59,169 nt of DNA from Chitinophagaceae bacterium UBA2793. Lineage in GTDB: Bacteria > Bacteroidota > Bacteroidia > Chitinophagales > Chitinophagaceae. The position numbers and the translations under genes are program-made. The notes below the pieces were generated by a model. It searched no databases. It saw nothing but the letters and a program-made list of their open reading frames with translations, and was not told the DNA's origin. The DNA is taken from the NCBI GenBank assembly GCA_002352045.1, contig DEHT01000016.1, forward strand, positions 5,265-64,433, written 5' to 3'. Below are positions 39,504-49,108 of this stretch, in pieces (position 1 is the stretch's first letter; every line of letters starts with the position of its first letter).

Positions 39504-40799
39504 TTACGATTGATTTTTTTGCCCGTACCGGGCATAAATTAAAAATAGCAAACCAAGGCTAAAGAAAACTATTAACGACAATACAGAGGTTCTCATATCT
39601 ACTCGCTCTTCAATGTAAGCAAATGTGGTAAGCCCAATTACAATGGCAATTTTTTCGGTAATATCGTAAAAGCTAAAAAAGGAAGCAGTGTCATTTGTTT
39701 CGGGCATTAACTTGCTAAAAGTAGAGCGACTAAGCGATTGAATGCCGCCCATCACCAGGCCTACTATAATGGCTAAAATATAAAAATCGGTAGCGGTTTT
39801 CATAAAGTAGCCATAAATACAAATTGCCACCCAAAGAATAATAACGCCCATTAACACCCGGAGATTTCCAAATAGCTTTGGCAAACGGGAAAGTACAATA
39901 GCTCCCGGTATTGCTACTAACTGTATTAATACCACTGTAACTATTAAATTAGTAGATGGAAGGTTTAAAACTTTGCTTCCAAAATTACTTGCCACCAGCA
40001 TTACCGTTTGCACGCCCATATTGTAAAAAAAGAAAGCCGCCAAAAACCGGCGCATCACCTTCATGGTTCGTACCTGTGAAAACACTTTTTTCAATTCAAT
40101 AAAACCACCGGTAAACGCACTTATTTTAAAAGCTTCTTCATTAGCAGGTTTCGATTTGGGCAATCGCTTAAAAGGAATTTGTGCAAAGCCAATCCACCAA
40201 ATGCCTACTAATAAAAATGTAAGCCTTACGGCATCGCCTTCAGAATTTAAAAAAGGAATTTCTTTATGAAACACTACTAATAAAAACCCTACAATTTGCA
40301 TTATCACACTACCAATATATCCAAATGAAAAGCCACGGGCACTAATGCGGTCTCTGTCTTCCACAGCGGCAATATCGGGCAGGTAAGAATTATAAAAAAC
40401 AAGGCTACCGTAAAAGCCAATGGCTGCAAACATCATTGCTATTACGCCAAATGAAAAACTGTCCTTTGTAAAAAAATACAAACTACTGCATGCAAGCGCA
40501 CCCATGTAACAGAAAAACTGCATATACCTTTTTTTATTCCCCCTTGCATCGGCTATAGAAGTAAGTATAGGTAAAATAAAAGCTACTATTAAATATGCAG
40601 CAGCTAACGTATAATTATACAAAGCTGTATTCACAAAATGCCTGCCAGCAAATGGAACCACTCCATTAAACGGTGCTGCTTTTGTAATCTCTGTATAATA
40701 GATAGGAAAAAATGTGGTAGTAATTACCAGGTTGTAAACAGAGTTGGCCCAATCGTACATAGCCCATCCGTTTAATACTTTTTTGGGAGCAGTTTGCAT
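39504..40799 (-). CDS. MFS transporter (UMF1-like)
   Basis: About 12 TM helices and the N-terminal WAMYDWANSVY motif typical of the UMF1 subfamily. Confidence 0.75.
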   Translation of the reverse strand: MQTAPKKVLNGWAMYDWANSVYNLVITTTFFPIYYTEITKAAPFNGVVPFAGRHFVNTALYNYTLAAAYLIVAFILPILTSIADARGNKKRYMQFFCYMGALACSSLYFFTKDSFSFGVIAMMFAAIGFYGSLVFYNSYLPDIAAVEDRDRISARGFSFGYIGSVIMQIVGFLLVVFHKEIPFLNSEGDAVRLTFLLVGIWWIGFAQIPFKRLPKSKPANEEAFKISAFTGGFIELKKVFSQVRTMKVMRRFLAAFFFYNMGVQTVMLVASNFGSKVLNLPSTNLIVTVVLIQLVAIPGAIVLSRLPKLFGNLRVLMGVIILWVAICIYGYFMKTATDFYILAIIVGLVMGGIQSLSRSTFSKLMPETNDTASFFSFYDITEKIAIVIGLTTFAYIEERVDMRTSVLSLIVFFSLGLLFLIYARYGQKNQS

Positions 40800-40850
40800 G
40801 GTTTATAGTGAAAATAAAAATGGAATATACAGCATTTATTCCATAGGGCA

Positions 40851-41645
40851 TTAAGCGGCAAGATATCCTGTTTTGAGAAGGATGAGTAAAGCAATGCCCA
40901 CTACAATGCGATATATACCCCAAATGCGAAAGCCATGTTTGCTTAAAAAACCAATAAAAAATTTGATGGCAAGCATGGCAACTACAAAAGCCAGCACATT
41001 GCCAATACTCAATAATTTTATTTCTTCGGTTGTAAATCCTCCGGCTTCTTTGTAATGTTTTAATAATTTATAACCGGTTGCTGCCAACATGGTAGGCACG
41101 GCTAAGAAAAACGAAAACTCTGCTGCGGCATTTCGAGTGAGTTTCTGTTGCATACCACCAATAATAGAGGAAGCACTACGGCTCATTCCCGGAATTAAAG
41201 CAAGGCATTGCCAGCAACCAATGATAAATGATTGTACAAATGAAACATTTTTTTCACTGTCAACAGTTGGGTTTTTAAAAACACTGTCAATAAATAATAA
41301 AACAATACCTCCACCTAAAAGTGCCCAAGCCACGGTTTGAGTACTTTCCAGCATAGCATCAATTTTATCGCCTAATAAAAACCCCAATACCATTGCGGGA
41401 ATTACACCTACCAGTAGTTTTAAGTAGAAACGAATATTTTTAAAATCGAAAAATTTTTTATGATACAAAACCACTACCGCCAATATGGCTCCCAACTGAA
41501 TGGCCACCGTAAACATTTTGGTGAATTCATTATCGGGTACACCCATTAGCTTGTTGGTAATTATCATGTGCCCGGTTGAAGAAACCGGGATAAATTCTGT
41601 AAGCCCTTCTACAATTGCTGTAACTATTGCCTGGAAAATATTCAT
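40851..41645 (-). CDS. uppP: Undecaprenyl-diphosphate phosphatase
   Basis: [14 protein letters not shown] and [10 protein letters not shown] motifs; 264 aa polytopic protein. Confidence 0.9.
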   Translation of the reverse strand: MNIFQAIVTAIVEGLTEFIPVSSTGHMIITNKLMGVPDNEFTKMFTVAIQLGAILAVVVLYHKKFFDFKNIRFYLKLLVGVIPAMVLGFLLGDKIDAMLESTQTVAWALLGGGIVLLFIDSVFKNPTVDSEKNVSFVQSFIIGCWQCLALIPGMSRSASSIIGGMQQKLTRNAAAEFSFFLAVPTMLAATGYKLLKHYKEAGGFTTEEIKLLSIGNVLAFVVAMLAIKFFIGFLSKHGFRIWGIYRIVVGIALLILLKTGYLAA

Positions 41646-41663
41646 GGTAAATTATACTGGGTC

Positions 41664-41689
41664 AAAAAAAAATGCGCTTTAGCAGCGCA
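41664..41689 (-). terminator. Intrinsic terminator after the small membrane protein gene
   Basis: On the - strand the TGCGCT-gctaa-AGCGCA hairpin is followed by a 9-T run (the + strand A-run at 41664-41672). It lies 25 nt after the stop at 41714. Confidence 0.7.
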
Positions 41690-41713
41690 AATATTTTAAA
41701 TAATTTTTTAGAA

Positions 41714-41989
41714 TTACTGAACAGATTTTGGTTTTTTCATAATGGCAATAATTTCTATTACAAAACCGGTAATAATTAAAATGGGTGCCACGGTAATCCT
41801 GGTAGTGCTGTACACTTCGTCTTTATTAAAAACATTGGGGTCGGCGCTTTTACCACCGGCCATTAAAAAAAAGCCTATTGCCAATACTACCAAACCAATA
41901 AGCATCCATATATAATTTTCTTTCCCAAACAATTCGGTGTTTTGGCTTTTTTGTGTTTTAGTGGAAGCAGTTTCTTTTGTAGTTGCCAT
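41714..41989 (-). CDS. Small two-TM membrane protein (DUF3098-like, from memory)
   Basis: I chose the internal ATG at 41989 (MATTKETAST...). It has two hydrophobic helices and lies next to uppP, as is usual in Bacteroidota. Confidence 0.55.
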   Translation of the reverse strand: MATTKETASTKTQKSQNTELFGKENYIWMLIGLVVLAIGFFLMAGGKSADPNVFNKDEVYSTTRITVAPILIITGFVIEIIAIMKKPKSVQ

Positions 41990-42098
41990 AATTGAAATAT
42001 AAGGTTTGCAAGATAGGGGAATTTTTAGTACAGAAATCTTAAACAAGGTTAACACTTACTAAATCATTACACCCATTGGAGAAAAAAAATAGCACTAA

Positions 42099-43646
42099 TT
42101 AAAGTTTTATCTCTTCATCGTTTTCGTCAAAAAAACGGAATTCTGTGAGGTGATAAGCACTATTGGGTTTTACCTTAATTTTTTGTTTGTATTTCCAACT
42201 CCACTTAAAACGGCGGCTGGGGAAGCCGGCAGTAAGGTAAGTAAATAAAATGGGGTGAACCTCTATGGTTAATCCCTTGTGCTTTTGCATAATAAGGTAG
42301 CTTAAGTTTTTTGCTATCTCATCTTCCAAAACAAGTGTGGACGAAATTTTTCCGGTACCCTCACAGCTCGGACAAACCTCGCTGGTATTAATCTTCATTT
42401 CGGGCTTCATGCGCTGGCGGGTAATTTGCATTAAGCCAAACTTGGTAATGGGCAGCACTGCATGTTTTGCCCTGTCAACCTTCATAAACTGATCCATGGC
42501 ATCGGTCAGTTTCTTTTTATTATCGGGCAATTTCATGTCGATGAAATCTACTACAATAATACCTCCTAAATCTCTCAACCTAAGTTGGCGTGCAATTTCT
42601 TCTGCCGCTTCCAGGTTGGTTTCTAATGCGTTTTGTTCCTGGTTATTGCTTACACTTTTATAACCACTGTTTACATCAATTACATGCAGGGCTTCGGTAT
42701 GTTCAATTATTAAATAAGCACCACTTGGCAGGTTAACGGTTTTTCCAAAGGAGCCCTTCACTTGTTTTGTAATACCATAGCTGTCGAAAATGCTTTGGCC
42801 ATTGTTATAATAAGAAACAATATCAGTCTTGTCCGGGGCAATTCGTTGCAGGTAAGTTTTGGTATCGCTAAAAATATTTTTATCGTTTACCACTATTCTG
42901 TTGAAATCTGCATTAAGCAAATCTCTCAACATACTGGTTGTTTTGCCTTGCTCGCTTAAAATTTTAGTAGGAGCTTCAGCATTTTTTAAATTTTGCTGAA
43001 TTGTTTTCCAGGTGGCTTCTAAGGCCAATAAATCTTCGTGCAATTCGGCAGTATGCTTTCCCTCTGCAGCCGTTCTCACAATTACGCCCAGGTTTTTGGG
43101 CTTGATGGCTTCAATAATTTTTTGAAGCCGTTTGCGCTCATCGCCGGAATGAATTTTTCGGCTAACCGCTACAATATCATTAAAAGGAGTAACTACTACA
43201 AACCTTCCCGGCAACGACAATTCGCAACTGAGGCGTGGCCCTTTGGCTGCAATTGGCTCTTTCAATATTTGAACAAGAATATTGGGTTTGCCATTTAGCA
43301 CCTCTGTAATTTTCCCCGTTTTTATAATTTCGGGTTCTACTTTAAATGAAGAGAATTCAAATGGAACTTCGCCATTATCATTAATGGCCTGGTTGGTAAA
43401 TTTGAGAATTGACCTTACATAAGGGCTAAGGTCGGTGTAGTGAAGAAATGCGTCTTTTTCGAACCCCACTTCTACAAATGCAGCATTCAATCCCGGAATT
43501 AATTTTTTAACCCTGCCCAGGTATAGGTCGCCCACAGCAAAGTTGGCATCAGCTTTTTCGCTGTGTAACTCTACTAATTTTTTATCTTCCAGCAGGGCAA
43601 TTTCTACTCCCTGAGACTGGGCATTAATAATTAATTCCTTGGTCAA
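42099..43646 (-). CDS. rng: Ribonuclease G/E family endoribonuclease
   Basis: S1 domain GDLYLGRVKKLIPGLNAAFVEVG, catalytic VVDFIDM and the Zn-link CPSCEGTG. The start codon at 43646 is TTG. Confidence 0.9.
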   Translation of the reverse strand: MTKELIINAQSQGVEIALLEDKKLVELHSEKADANFAVGDLYLGRVKKLIPGLNAAFVEVGFEKDAFLHYTDLSPYVRSILKFTNQAINDNGEVPFEFSSFKVEPEIIKTGKITEVLNGKPNILVQILKEPIAAKGPRLSCELSLPGRFVVVTPFNDIVAVSRKIHSGDERKRLQKIIEAIKPKNLGVIVRTAAEGKHTAELHEDLLALEATWKTIQQNLKNAEAPTKILSEQGKTTSMLRDLLNADFNRIVVNDKNIFSDTKTYLQRIAPDKTDIVSYYNNGQSIFDSYGITKQVKGSFGKTVNLPSGAYLIIEHTEALHVIDVNSGYKSVSNNQEQNALETNLEAAEEIARQLRLRDLGGIIVVDFIDMKLPDNKKKLTDAMDQFMKVDRAKHAVLPITKFGLMQITRQRMKPEMKINTSEVCPSCEGTGKISSTLVLEDEIAKNLSYLIMQKHKGLTIEVHPILFTYLTAGFPSRRFKWSWKYKQKIKVKPNSAYHLTEFRFFDENDEEIKL

Positions 43647-43770
43647 AGCATAAAGTATTTTCCGGAACCGAAGGCTTATTGAGTAAATAGCGAATAAGCC
43701 AAATACATACGCACACTGCTTTATAAGCAGCTATGCATTTATATTTTACAATGGTTGTATGAAGCAATGA

Positions 43771-43793
43771 GTGCCCCGAAAAAATCGGGGCAC
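43771..43793 (-). terminator. GC-rich hairpin after the 29-aa ORF
   Basis: GTGCCCCGA-aaaaa-TCGGGGCAC is a 9-bp stem lying 16 nt downstream of the stop at 43809. There is no trailing T-run outside the loop. Confidence 0.5.
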
Positions 43794-43808
43794 CATTATA
43801 AAAAGAAA

Positions 43809-43898
43809 TTATTTCTTTTTATGACGGTTCTTTCTCAAACGTTTTTTACGCTTATGAGTTGCTATTTTATGACGTTTTCTTTTTTTACCACAAGGCAT
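43809..43898 (-). CDS. 29-aa Lys/Arg-rich protein, probably a small ribosomal protein of the bS22 / AURKAIP1-COX24 (mS38)-like type
   Basis: Not in the supplied ORF track because it is under 60 aa. The ORF is ATG...TAA and translates to MPCGKKRKRHKIATHKRKKRLRKNRHKKK. It lies between the TPR gene and a strong hairpin on the same strand as its neighbours. Confidence 0.55.
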   Translation of the reverse strand: MPCGKKRKRHKIATHKRKKRLRKNRHKKK

Positions 43899-43953
43899 GA
43901 TAAATAATTTTTGATTTAAAAAATAAATTAAAATATGTTGTTTTTCTTACTAT

Positions 43954-44805
43954 CTATTTTATAGCAGCTATGCGTTCATCTACCTCTTTGCTATATGCCG
44001 GATTGTTGATGAGTCGCTTACTTATATTATACCATTTTACAGCATTGGCTTTATCACCAATAGCAGCATAAGTATCTGCCAAAAACGCAATTGCTTCCAC
44101 ATTATCGGGCTGTGCTGTAACCACTTTGCTGAAACGCTCAATGGCTTTATCGTATTGCCCCGATACAAATCCACCTACACCCAGCACAAACTGTGCTTTC
44201 ATGTTGGTAGAATCTTTGCGTACCACCTTCAATAACTCCTGTATTCCCTGCATAGCTGCACTACCATCCACACTTCCTCTTCCCTTTCCGAACACATAGC
44301 TACTTCCCAGGCCTATCCTCAATTCGTCATTATCAGGATTAATCGTAATTGCTTTTTCAAATAACTCAATGGCACTGTTGGCCATCCACTCTATTTTAGC
44401 TTCATCATGTTCGCCTCTAAGGTTATCTAAAAATAAATGGGCAGCAAAGGTGAGGTTTTTTTCTGAATTATCCAACTTAGCAGCTTCGGAAATATAATAC
44501 GCATAAGGCTCCGGCAGTTTAGCACTGTCTTTCCAAAAATTTGCAAGAGAATTATATTGCTTAATTTTTTGAGCGGGTATATCGCCACGGGTAATATTAT
44601 TTTCCAACTCCTTTACAATTAAGGACTGGGCAATAGGCAATTTAGATTCTGCACTATCAATAAAATGATGAATATCAAAACTTTGAAGTTTACTCTTTAT
44701 TTCAGCTACGGGCAACTCTTTTTTAAGGATGCTGGTTTTGCCGAAAAAAAATAAAAGTGCCAAAGCTACACAGCCGGCAACAACTAAAATGATAGGTTTA
44801 TTCAC
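43954..44805 (-). CDS. Membrane-anchored tetratricopeptide-repeat protein
   Basis: N-terminal TM helix and TPR-like A/Y/N-rich repeats in the C-terminal half. GTG start at 44805. Confidence 0.7.
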   Translation of the reverse strand: MNKPIILVVAGCVALALLFFFGKTSILKKELPVAEIKSKLQSFDIHHFIDSAESKLPIAQSLIVKELENNITRGDIPAQKIKQYNSLANFWKDSAKLPEPYAYYISEAAKLDNSEKNLTFAAHLFLDNLRGEHDEAKIEWMANSAIELFEKAITINPDNDELRIGLGSSYVFGKGRGSVDGSAAMQGIQELLKVVRKDSTNMKAQFVLGVGGFVSGQYDKAIERFSKVVTAQPDNVEAIAFLADTYAAIGDKANAVKWYNISKRLINNPAYSKEVDERIAAIK

Positions 44806-44838
44806 GCTTCTGTACTTAAGTGAGGCGCAAAGTTACAA

Positions 44839-45162
44839 CTAACCATCGTTTTCATCCTCCAGTTTGGGAGCTTCTTTAATATTTTCACTGGTTTTTATTT
44901 CTTGTACAAACTCTTTAGCAGGTTTAAAGGCAGGGATATAATGCTCGGGGATTGAAACGGCAATATTTTTTTTGATGTTTCGGCCAATTTTTGCTGCCCT
45001 TTTCTTTATAATGAAGCTTCCAAAACCCCTGATATAAAGGTTTTCACCACTGGCAAGCGTTGCTTTAATTTCTTTAAACATAGTTTCAAGCGTTACCAAA
45101 ACATCTACTTTTGGGATGCCGGTTTTGTCTGAAATTTTGTTGATAAGGTCGGCCTTTCTCAT
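44839..45162 (-). CDS. HU/IHF-family DNA-binding protein
   Basis: MRKADLINKISDKTG...GFGSF..KKRAAKIGRN matches the HU fold signature. It has an acidic C-terminal tail. Confidence 0.85.
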   Translation of the reverse strand: MRKADLINKISDKTGIPKVDVLVTLETMFKEIKATLASGENLYIRGFGSFIIKKRAAKIGRNIKKNIAVSIPEHYIPAFKPAKEFVQEIKTSENIKEAPKLEDENDG

Positions 45163-45262
45163 ATAAAAAGAATTTAAGACTACAATTTAAGAAGTTATTT
45201 CTAAAATACAAAAGTAATTTAGTGATAATCAATAGGTTTGTACATATCATATTTATATATTC

Positions 45263-46333
45263 ATGTTTAAACAACAAGAAGGAGATTTTTTTACCTCAAT
45301 CTTAATGAACTGGCATTTAAATGTCAATAAAAGAAAAATGCCCTGGAAAGGCGAAAAAGATCCTTACAAGATTTGGCTGAGCGAAATAATATTGCAACAA
45401 ACCAGGGTTGAACAAGGCTGGGAATATTATGAAAGGTTTATTAAAAAATATCCCAACATTCAAAAATTGGCAAAAGCAAAACAGGATGATGTCTTTAAAT
45501 TATGGGAAGGGCTAGGCTATTATAGCCGTTGCAAAAACCTGCATCATACTGCCCAACATATATCATTTGAATTAAACGGATATTTCCCCACTACTTATGA
45601 TACTATTCTAAATCTAAAAGGTGTAGGCCCGTATACAGCTTCGGCCATTGCATCCTTTGCCTTTAACCTTCCTTATGCCGTGGTTGATGGAAATGTAACT
45701 CGTGTGCTCGCTCGATTTTTTGGCATCAATAAAGCAGTTGATACTACAGAGGGCAAAAAGCATTTTTCGCAGCTAGCACAACATTTATTGCACAAAACAA
45801 AACCCGCACTTTACAACCAGGCAATAATGGATTTTGGTGCAACTGTTTGTAAACCGCAATTACCCTTGTGTGCTATCTGTCCTTTTCAAAGCCACTGTTT
45901 TGCGTTTAAAAAGAATAATGTGACTAATCTTCCGGTAAAAGAAAAAAGTATAATAAAAAAAAATCGTTGGTTTTATTTTTTAGTAATTACAACCGGCAAA
46001 CATGTTTTTATTAAGAAAAGAGAAAACAAAGATATATGGCAGCATCTCTACGAGTTTGTGCTACTGGAAAGGTCACATAAAACCAATACAGTTTCATTAT
46101 TAACTGATCCAGATTTTAAAACATTGCTCCATGCCCAGCCAAAACCATTGGCTGTTTCAACAGAATATAAACAATTACTCACGCATCAAACAATACATGC
46201 TTACTTTTTAAAATTTCAAATAAACAATAAAAAGGATTTGCAAGGTTTTGAAAAATTTTCAATAGACAAATTAAAAACCATCGCTTTCCCTAAACTCATA
46301 AACAACTATTTAAAAGACATTGGTTGGAAATAG
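45263..46333 (+). CDS. mutY: A/G-specific adenine DNA glycosylase
   Basis: HhH-GPD motifs (ILQQTRV, GLGYYSR, GVGPYTA), a 4Fe-4S cluster loop (C..x6..C..C..x5..C) and a C-terminal NUDIX-like domain. Confidence 0.9.
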   Translation: MFKQQEGDFFTSILMNWHLNVNKRKMPWKGEKDPYKIWLSEIILQQTRVEQGWEYYERFIKKYPNIQKLAKAKQDDVFKLWEGLGYYSRCKNLHHTAQHISFELNGYFPTTYDTILNLKGVGPYTASAIASFAFNLPYAVVDGNVTRVLARFFGINKAVDTTEGKKHFSQLAQHLLHKTKPALYNQAIMDFGATVCKPQLPLCAICPFQSHCFAFKKNNVTNLPVKEKSIIKKNRWFYFLVITTGKHVFIKKRENKDIWQHLYEFVLLERSHKTNTVSLLTDPDFKTLLHAQPKPLAVSTEYKQLLTHQTIHAYFLKFQINNKKDLQGFEKFSIDKLKTIAFPKLINNYLKDIGWK

Positions 46334-46428
46334 CCGTTTAAATGAAGCACATTTCAGCTAAAATTGTATCTTTAAATTCCTTAGAACAGCCAAAAGAATC
46401 AATAAGCAAACAGTAAATCAAAAAAACT

Positions 46429-46872
46429 ATGAGAGGGGTAAACAGGGTAATGCTCATCGGAAATTTAGGAAAAGATCCCGATATTCAGTTTTTAGAAGGA
46501 AATATCGGCGTTGCTAAATTTTCGTTGGCTACTACAGAAACCTATAAAGACAGGAGCGGTAAACTAATTTCACAAACAGAATGGCATACGGTAGTACTTT
46601 GGCGTGGGCTGGCAGAGCTGGCTCAAAAATACCTTCACCGTGGGAGCCTGGTTTATATAGAAGGAAGGTTAAAAACACGTAGCTGGGAAGACAAAGACGG
46701 CAATAAAAAATTTGCCACCGAAATAGTGGGAGACAATCTCATTATGCTGGATAAACGTAATGAAGGAGGTTCTTCTCTACCCGGCTTCGATAACTTTGAT
46801 GGCCCTTCGGGAGGGGAAACGGATATACCACCGGCTGCAGACGATGCTGGTCCGGAAAGATTACCATTTTAA
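46429..46872 (+). CDS. ssb: Single-stranded DNA-binding protein
   Basis: OB-fold N-terminus MRGVNRVMLIGNLGKDPD, a Gly/Pro-rich linker and a C-terminal ...LPF tip. Confidence 0.9.
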   Translation: MRGVNRVMLIGNLGKDPDIQFLEGNIGVAKFSLATTETYKDRSGKLISQTEWHTVVLWRGLAELAQKYLHRGSLVYIEGRLKTRSWEDKDGNKKFATEIVGDNLIMLDKRNEGGSSLPGFDNFDGPSGGETDIPPAADDAGPERLPF

Positions 46873-46963
46873 TTCAATATTTAAATCGGCAGCCTTTTAA
46901 AATTGCCGGCATTCGTTACTAAAAAAATATATTTTGGACTACCACTCGGTATTGGAAGCTAAA

Positions 46964-48277
46964 ATGCTTTTTACTTTTTTAAACATTCTGAACCCTGCAA
47001 CCACAGGCATAATGCTTTTTTTGGCTGTGCTGCTTTTTGTATTATCTTTTTTTATTGCAGGCTGCGAAGTGGCTTTTTTTTCATTAACTACAAAAGATAT
47101 TAACCTGCTTAAAACAAAGCAGCAACCTTCTTTTCGCCGTATAGTTAGGCTTTTGGAAGAACCAAAAACCTTGCAGGCAACTATGCTTATTGCCAATGTT
47201 TTTGTAAATATTGGAGCTATACTCGTTTGTAATTTTTTACTTAACCAATTGCTCGAAAAACAAAATTTTTCTCCTGCATGGTTAATGTTACTTAAAATAG
47301 GCATCATCACTTTACTTATAGTTTTATTTGCCGAAGTGCTGCCAAAGGTTTGGGCGGCACATCATAAAGTTTGGTTTGCCTCCTCTTCATCATTAATTCT
47401 TGAAATATTCAATAGCATCTTTTATAGAGTAAGCAGGAGAATTGTAAACTTTACAGATAAAATTGAAAAAAGAATTGGCGATAAAGCCGACTCGATGCAT
47501 GATAACAACCTCGATTATGTAATTGATCTTTTGCCTGAGCATGAAGCAAGCAATGAAGAAAAACAAATTTTAAAAGGAATTAGAAAATTTGGCGATACAG
47601 AAGTAAAGCAAATAATGCGTACACGAATGGATGTTAATGGAATTGAATACAACTGTAATTTTAAAGATGTAATTTCCAAAATTGAAGCACTGCATTACTC
47701 CCGATTACCGGTTTACAAAAACAACCTCGATGAAATTGTAGGAATGTTGCATACAAAAGATTTATTGCTGCATCTAAATGAAAACAACCAATTTGAATGG
47801 CAACCACTAATAAGGCCGGCATATTTTGTTCACGAACAAAAACTTATTGAAGACCTGATGCAGGATTTTAGAACTAAGCGCATTCACTTTGCGGTAGTAG
47901 TTGATGAGTTTGGCGGCACCAGCGGCATAGTTACCCTGGAAGACATTATGGAAGAAATAATTGGCGATATAAGAGACGAGTTTGATGACGAAGAAAGTAT
48001 AAATAAAAAGTTAGACGACTTCAATTATATTTTTGAAGGCCGCTTTAGTATAAATGATGCATGCAAAGCAATGGGCTTACCTATTGATACTTTTGACAGT
48101 GTGCGGGGCGATAGCGATTCGGTTGCCGGCCTGGTACTGGAAATTGCCGGCGAGTTTCCTCAAATAAACACCGTATTAGTGAGCGGCGACTTTAGCTTTG
48201 TACCCCTTGAAATAAATAAAAATAGAATTGATAAGGTTAAAATAATTATTCAACAAAAAGCCGACTCCAACGCTTAG
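46964..48277 (+). CDS. gldE: Gliding-motility-associated GldE (CNNM/DUF21 TM domain + CBS pair + CorC_HlyC domain)
   Basis: The domain order is read from the sequence. The ssb-gldE-gldD neighbourhood is typical of Bacteroidota. I chose the ATG at 46964; the track start at 46934 is TTG. Confidence 0.75.
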   Translation: MLFTFLNILNPATTGIMLFLAVLLFVLSFFIAGCEVAFFSLTTKDINLLKTKQQPSFRRIVRLLEEPKTLQATMLIANVFVNIGAILVCNFLLNQLLEKQNFSPAWLMLLKIGIITLLIVLFAEVLPKVWAAHHKVWFASSSSLILEIFNSIFYRVSRRIVNFTDKIEKRIGDKADSMHDNNLDYVIDLLPEHEASNEEKQILKGIRKFGDTEVKQIMRTRMDVNGIEYNCNFKDVISKIEALHYSRLPVYKNNLDEIVGMLHTKDLLLHLNENNQFEWQPLIRPAYFVHEQKLIEDLMQDFRTKRIHFAVVVDEFGGTSGIVTLEDIMEEIIGDIRDEFDDEESINKKLDDFNYIFEGRFSINDACKAMGLPIDTFDSVRGDSDSVAGLVLEIAGEFPQINTVLVSGDFSFVPLEINKNRIDKVKIIIQQKADSNA

Positions 48278-48279
48278 TA

Positions 48280-48927
48280 ATGAACTTTATAAAATGCTTA
48301 AAATGTGTTGCTGCATTACTAATTGCAACTTCCTGCAACAGCACTTATACATCTAAAAAGAAAGGATATTTTAAAATAGATTTCCCCGAACGCAAATATG
48401 TATTGCTGGATGAACCATCGCTGCCATACAGCTTTGAATACCCTGCGTATGCAAAAATTGTAACCGACAGCACTTATTTTGATAGCAACCCCGAAAATCC
48501 TTTTTGGCGCAATATTGATTTCCCGCAATTTAATGCCAGAATATTTTTAAGCTATAAAGCCATTGGCGGAAAAGCTTTGTATAAAGTAAAAGAAGCAGAT
48601 GGCTCTTATAAAGATTCTTTAGGTATTAATTATTTTGATGCGATGGTAAACGATGCCTTTAACCTAACCAATAAAAACGAATCCGTAGCCAGCTCTATTA
48701 AAGACAGTGTTTTTAAAAACCCAAATGGTATTACCGGCGTGTATTTTAAAGTAGGCGGTAATGCTGCTACGGCCAAGCAGTTTTTTTTAAGCGATACTAC
48801 AAAAAATTTTATACGTGGTGCTCTTTACTTTAATACTTCCCCAAATGCCGACTCATTGCAGCCGGTGCAGGATTTTTTACAGGCAGATATCATTCATTTG
48901 ATTAATACATTTAAGTGGAAAAATTAA
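48280..48927 (+). CDS. gldD: Gliding-motility lipoprotein GldD (assigned by position and size)
   Basis: Lipoprotein signal LLIATSC. It starts 2 nt after the gldE stop and is ~200 aa. Confidence 0.6.
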   Translation: MNFIKCLKCVAALLIATSCNSTYTSKKKGYFKIDFPERKYVLLDEPSLPYSFEYPAYAKIVTDSTYFDSNPENPFWRNIDFPQFNARIFLSYKAIGGKALYKVKEADGSYKDSLGINYFDAMVNDAFNLTNKNESVASSIKDSVFKNPNGITGVYFKVGGNAATAKQFFLSDTTKNFIRGALYFNTSPNADSLQPVQDFLQADIIHLINTFKWKN

Positions 48928-48944
48928 TAATTGAGAAATGTTTT

Positions 48945-48980
48945 GATTTGGAAATGAGTTGATTTGGAAATTTGGAAATG
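48945..48980. repeat. Left arm of an inverted repeat array (ATTTGGAAAT x2, 16-bp spacing, plus a third overlapping partial copy)
   Basis: ATTTGGAAAT occurs at 48946-48955 and 48962-48971, with TTTGGAAAT at 48971-48979. Confidence 0.85.
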
Positions 48981-49022
48981 TATATAGAATATCAACAAAA
49001 GAGAACTAATATTTAATAGTCA

Positions 49023-49089
49023 ATTTCCAAATTGCTGAATTTCCAAATTGCCAAATCTTCAAATTACCAAATTGCTGAATTGCCAAATT
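49023..49089. repeat. Right arm: the complementary 10-mers run on into eight tandem 8-bp units
   Basis: ATTTCCAAAT occurs at 49023-49032 and 49039-49048. Eight tandem octamers span 49026-49089: tccaaatt gctgaatt tccaaatt gccaaatc ttcaaatt accaaatt gctgaatt gccaaatt. Confidence 0.85.
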
Positions 49090-49096
49090 TTAAAAT

Positions 49097-49104
49097 TAAT
49101 TTTG
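49097..49104 (+). promoter_or_regulatory. Candidate -7 promoter box (TAnnTTTG) directly after the repeat array
   Basis: TAATTTTG lies 4 nt upstream of the ATG at 49109. Motif match only, and it would imply a leaderless or near-leaderless transcript. Confidence 0.25.
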
Positions 49105-49108
49105 CAGC

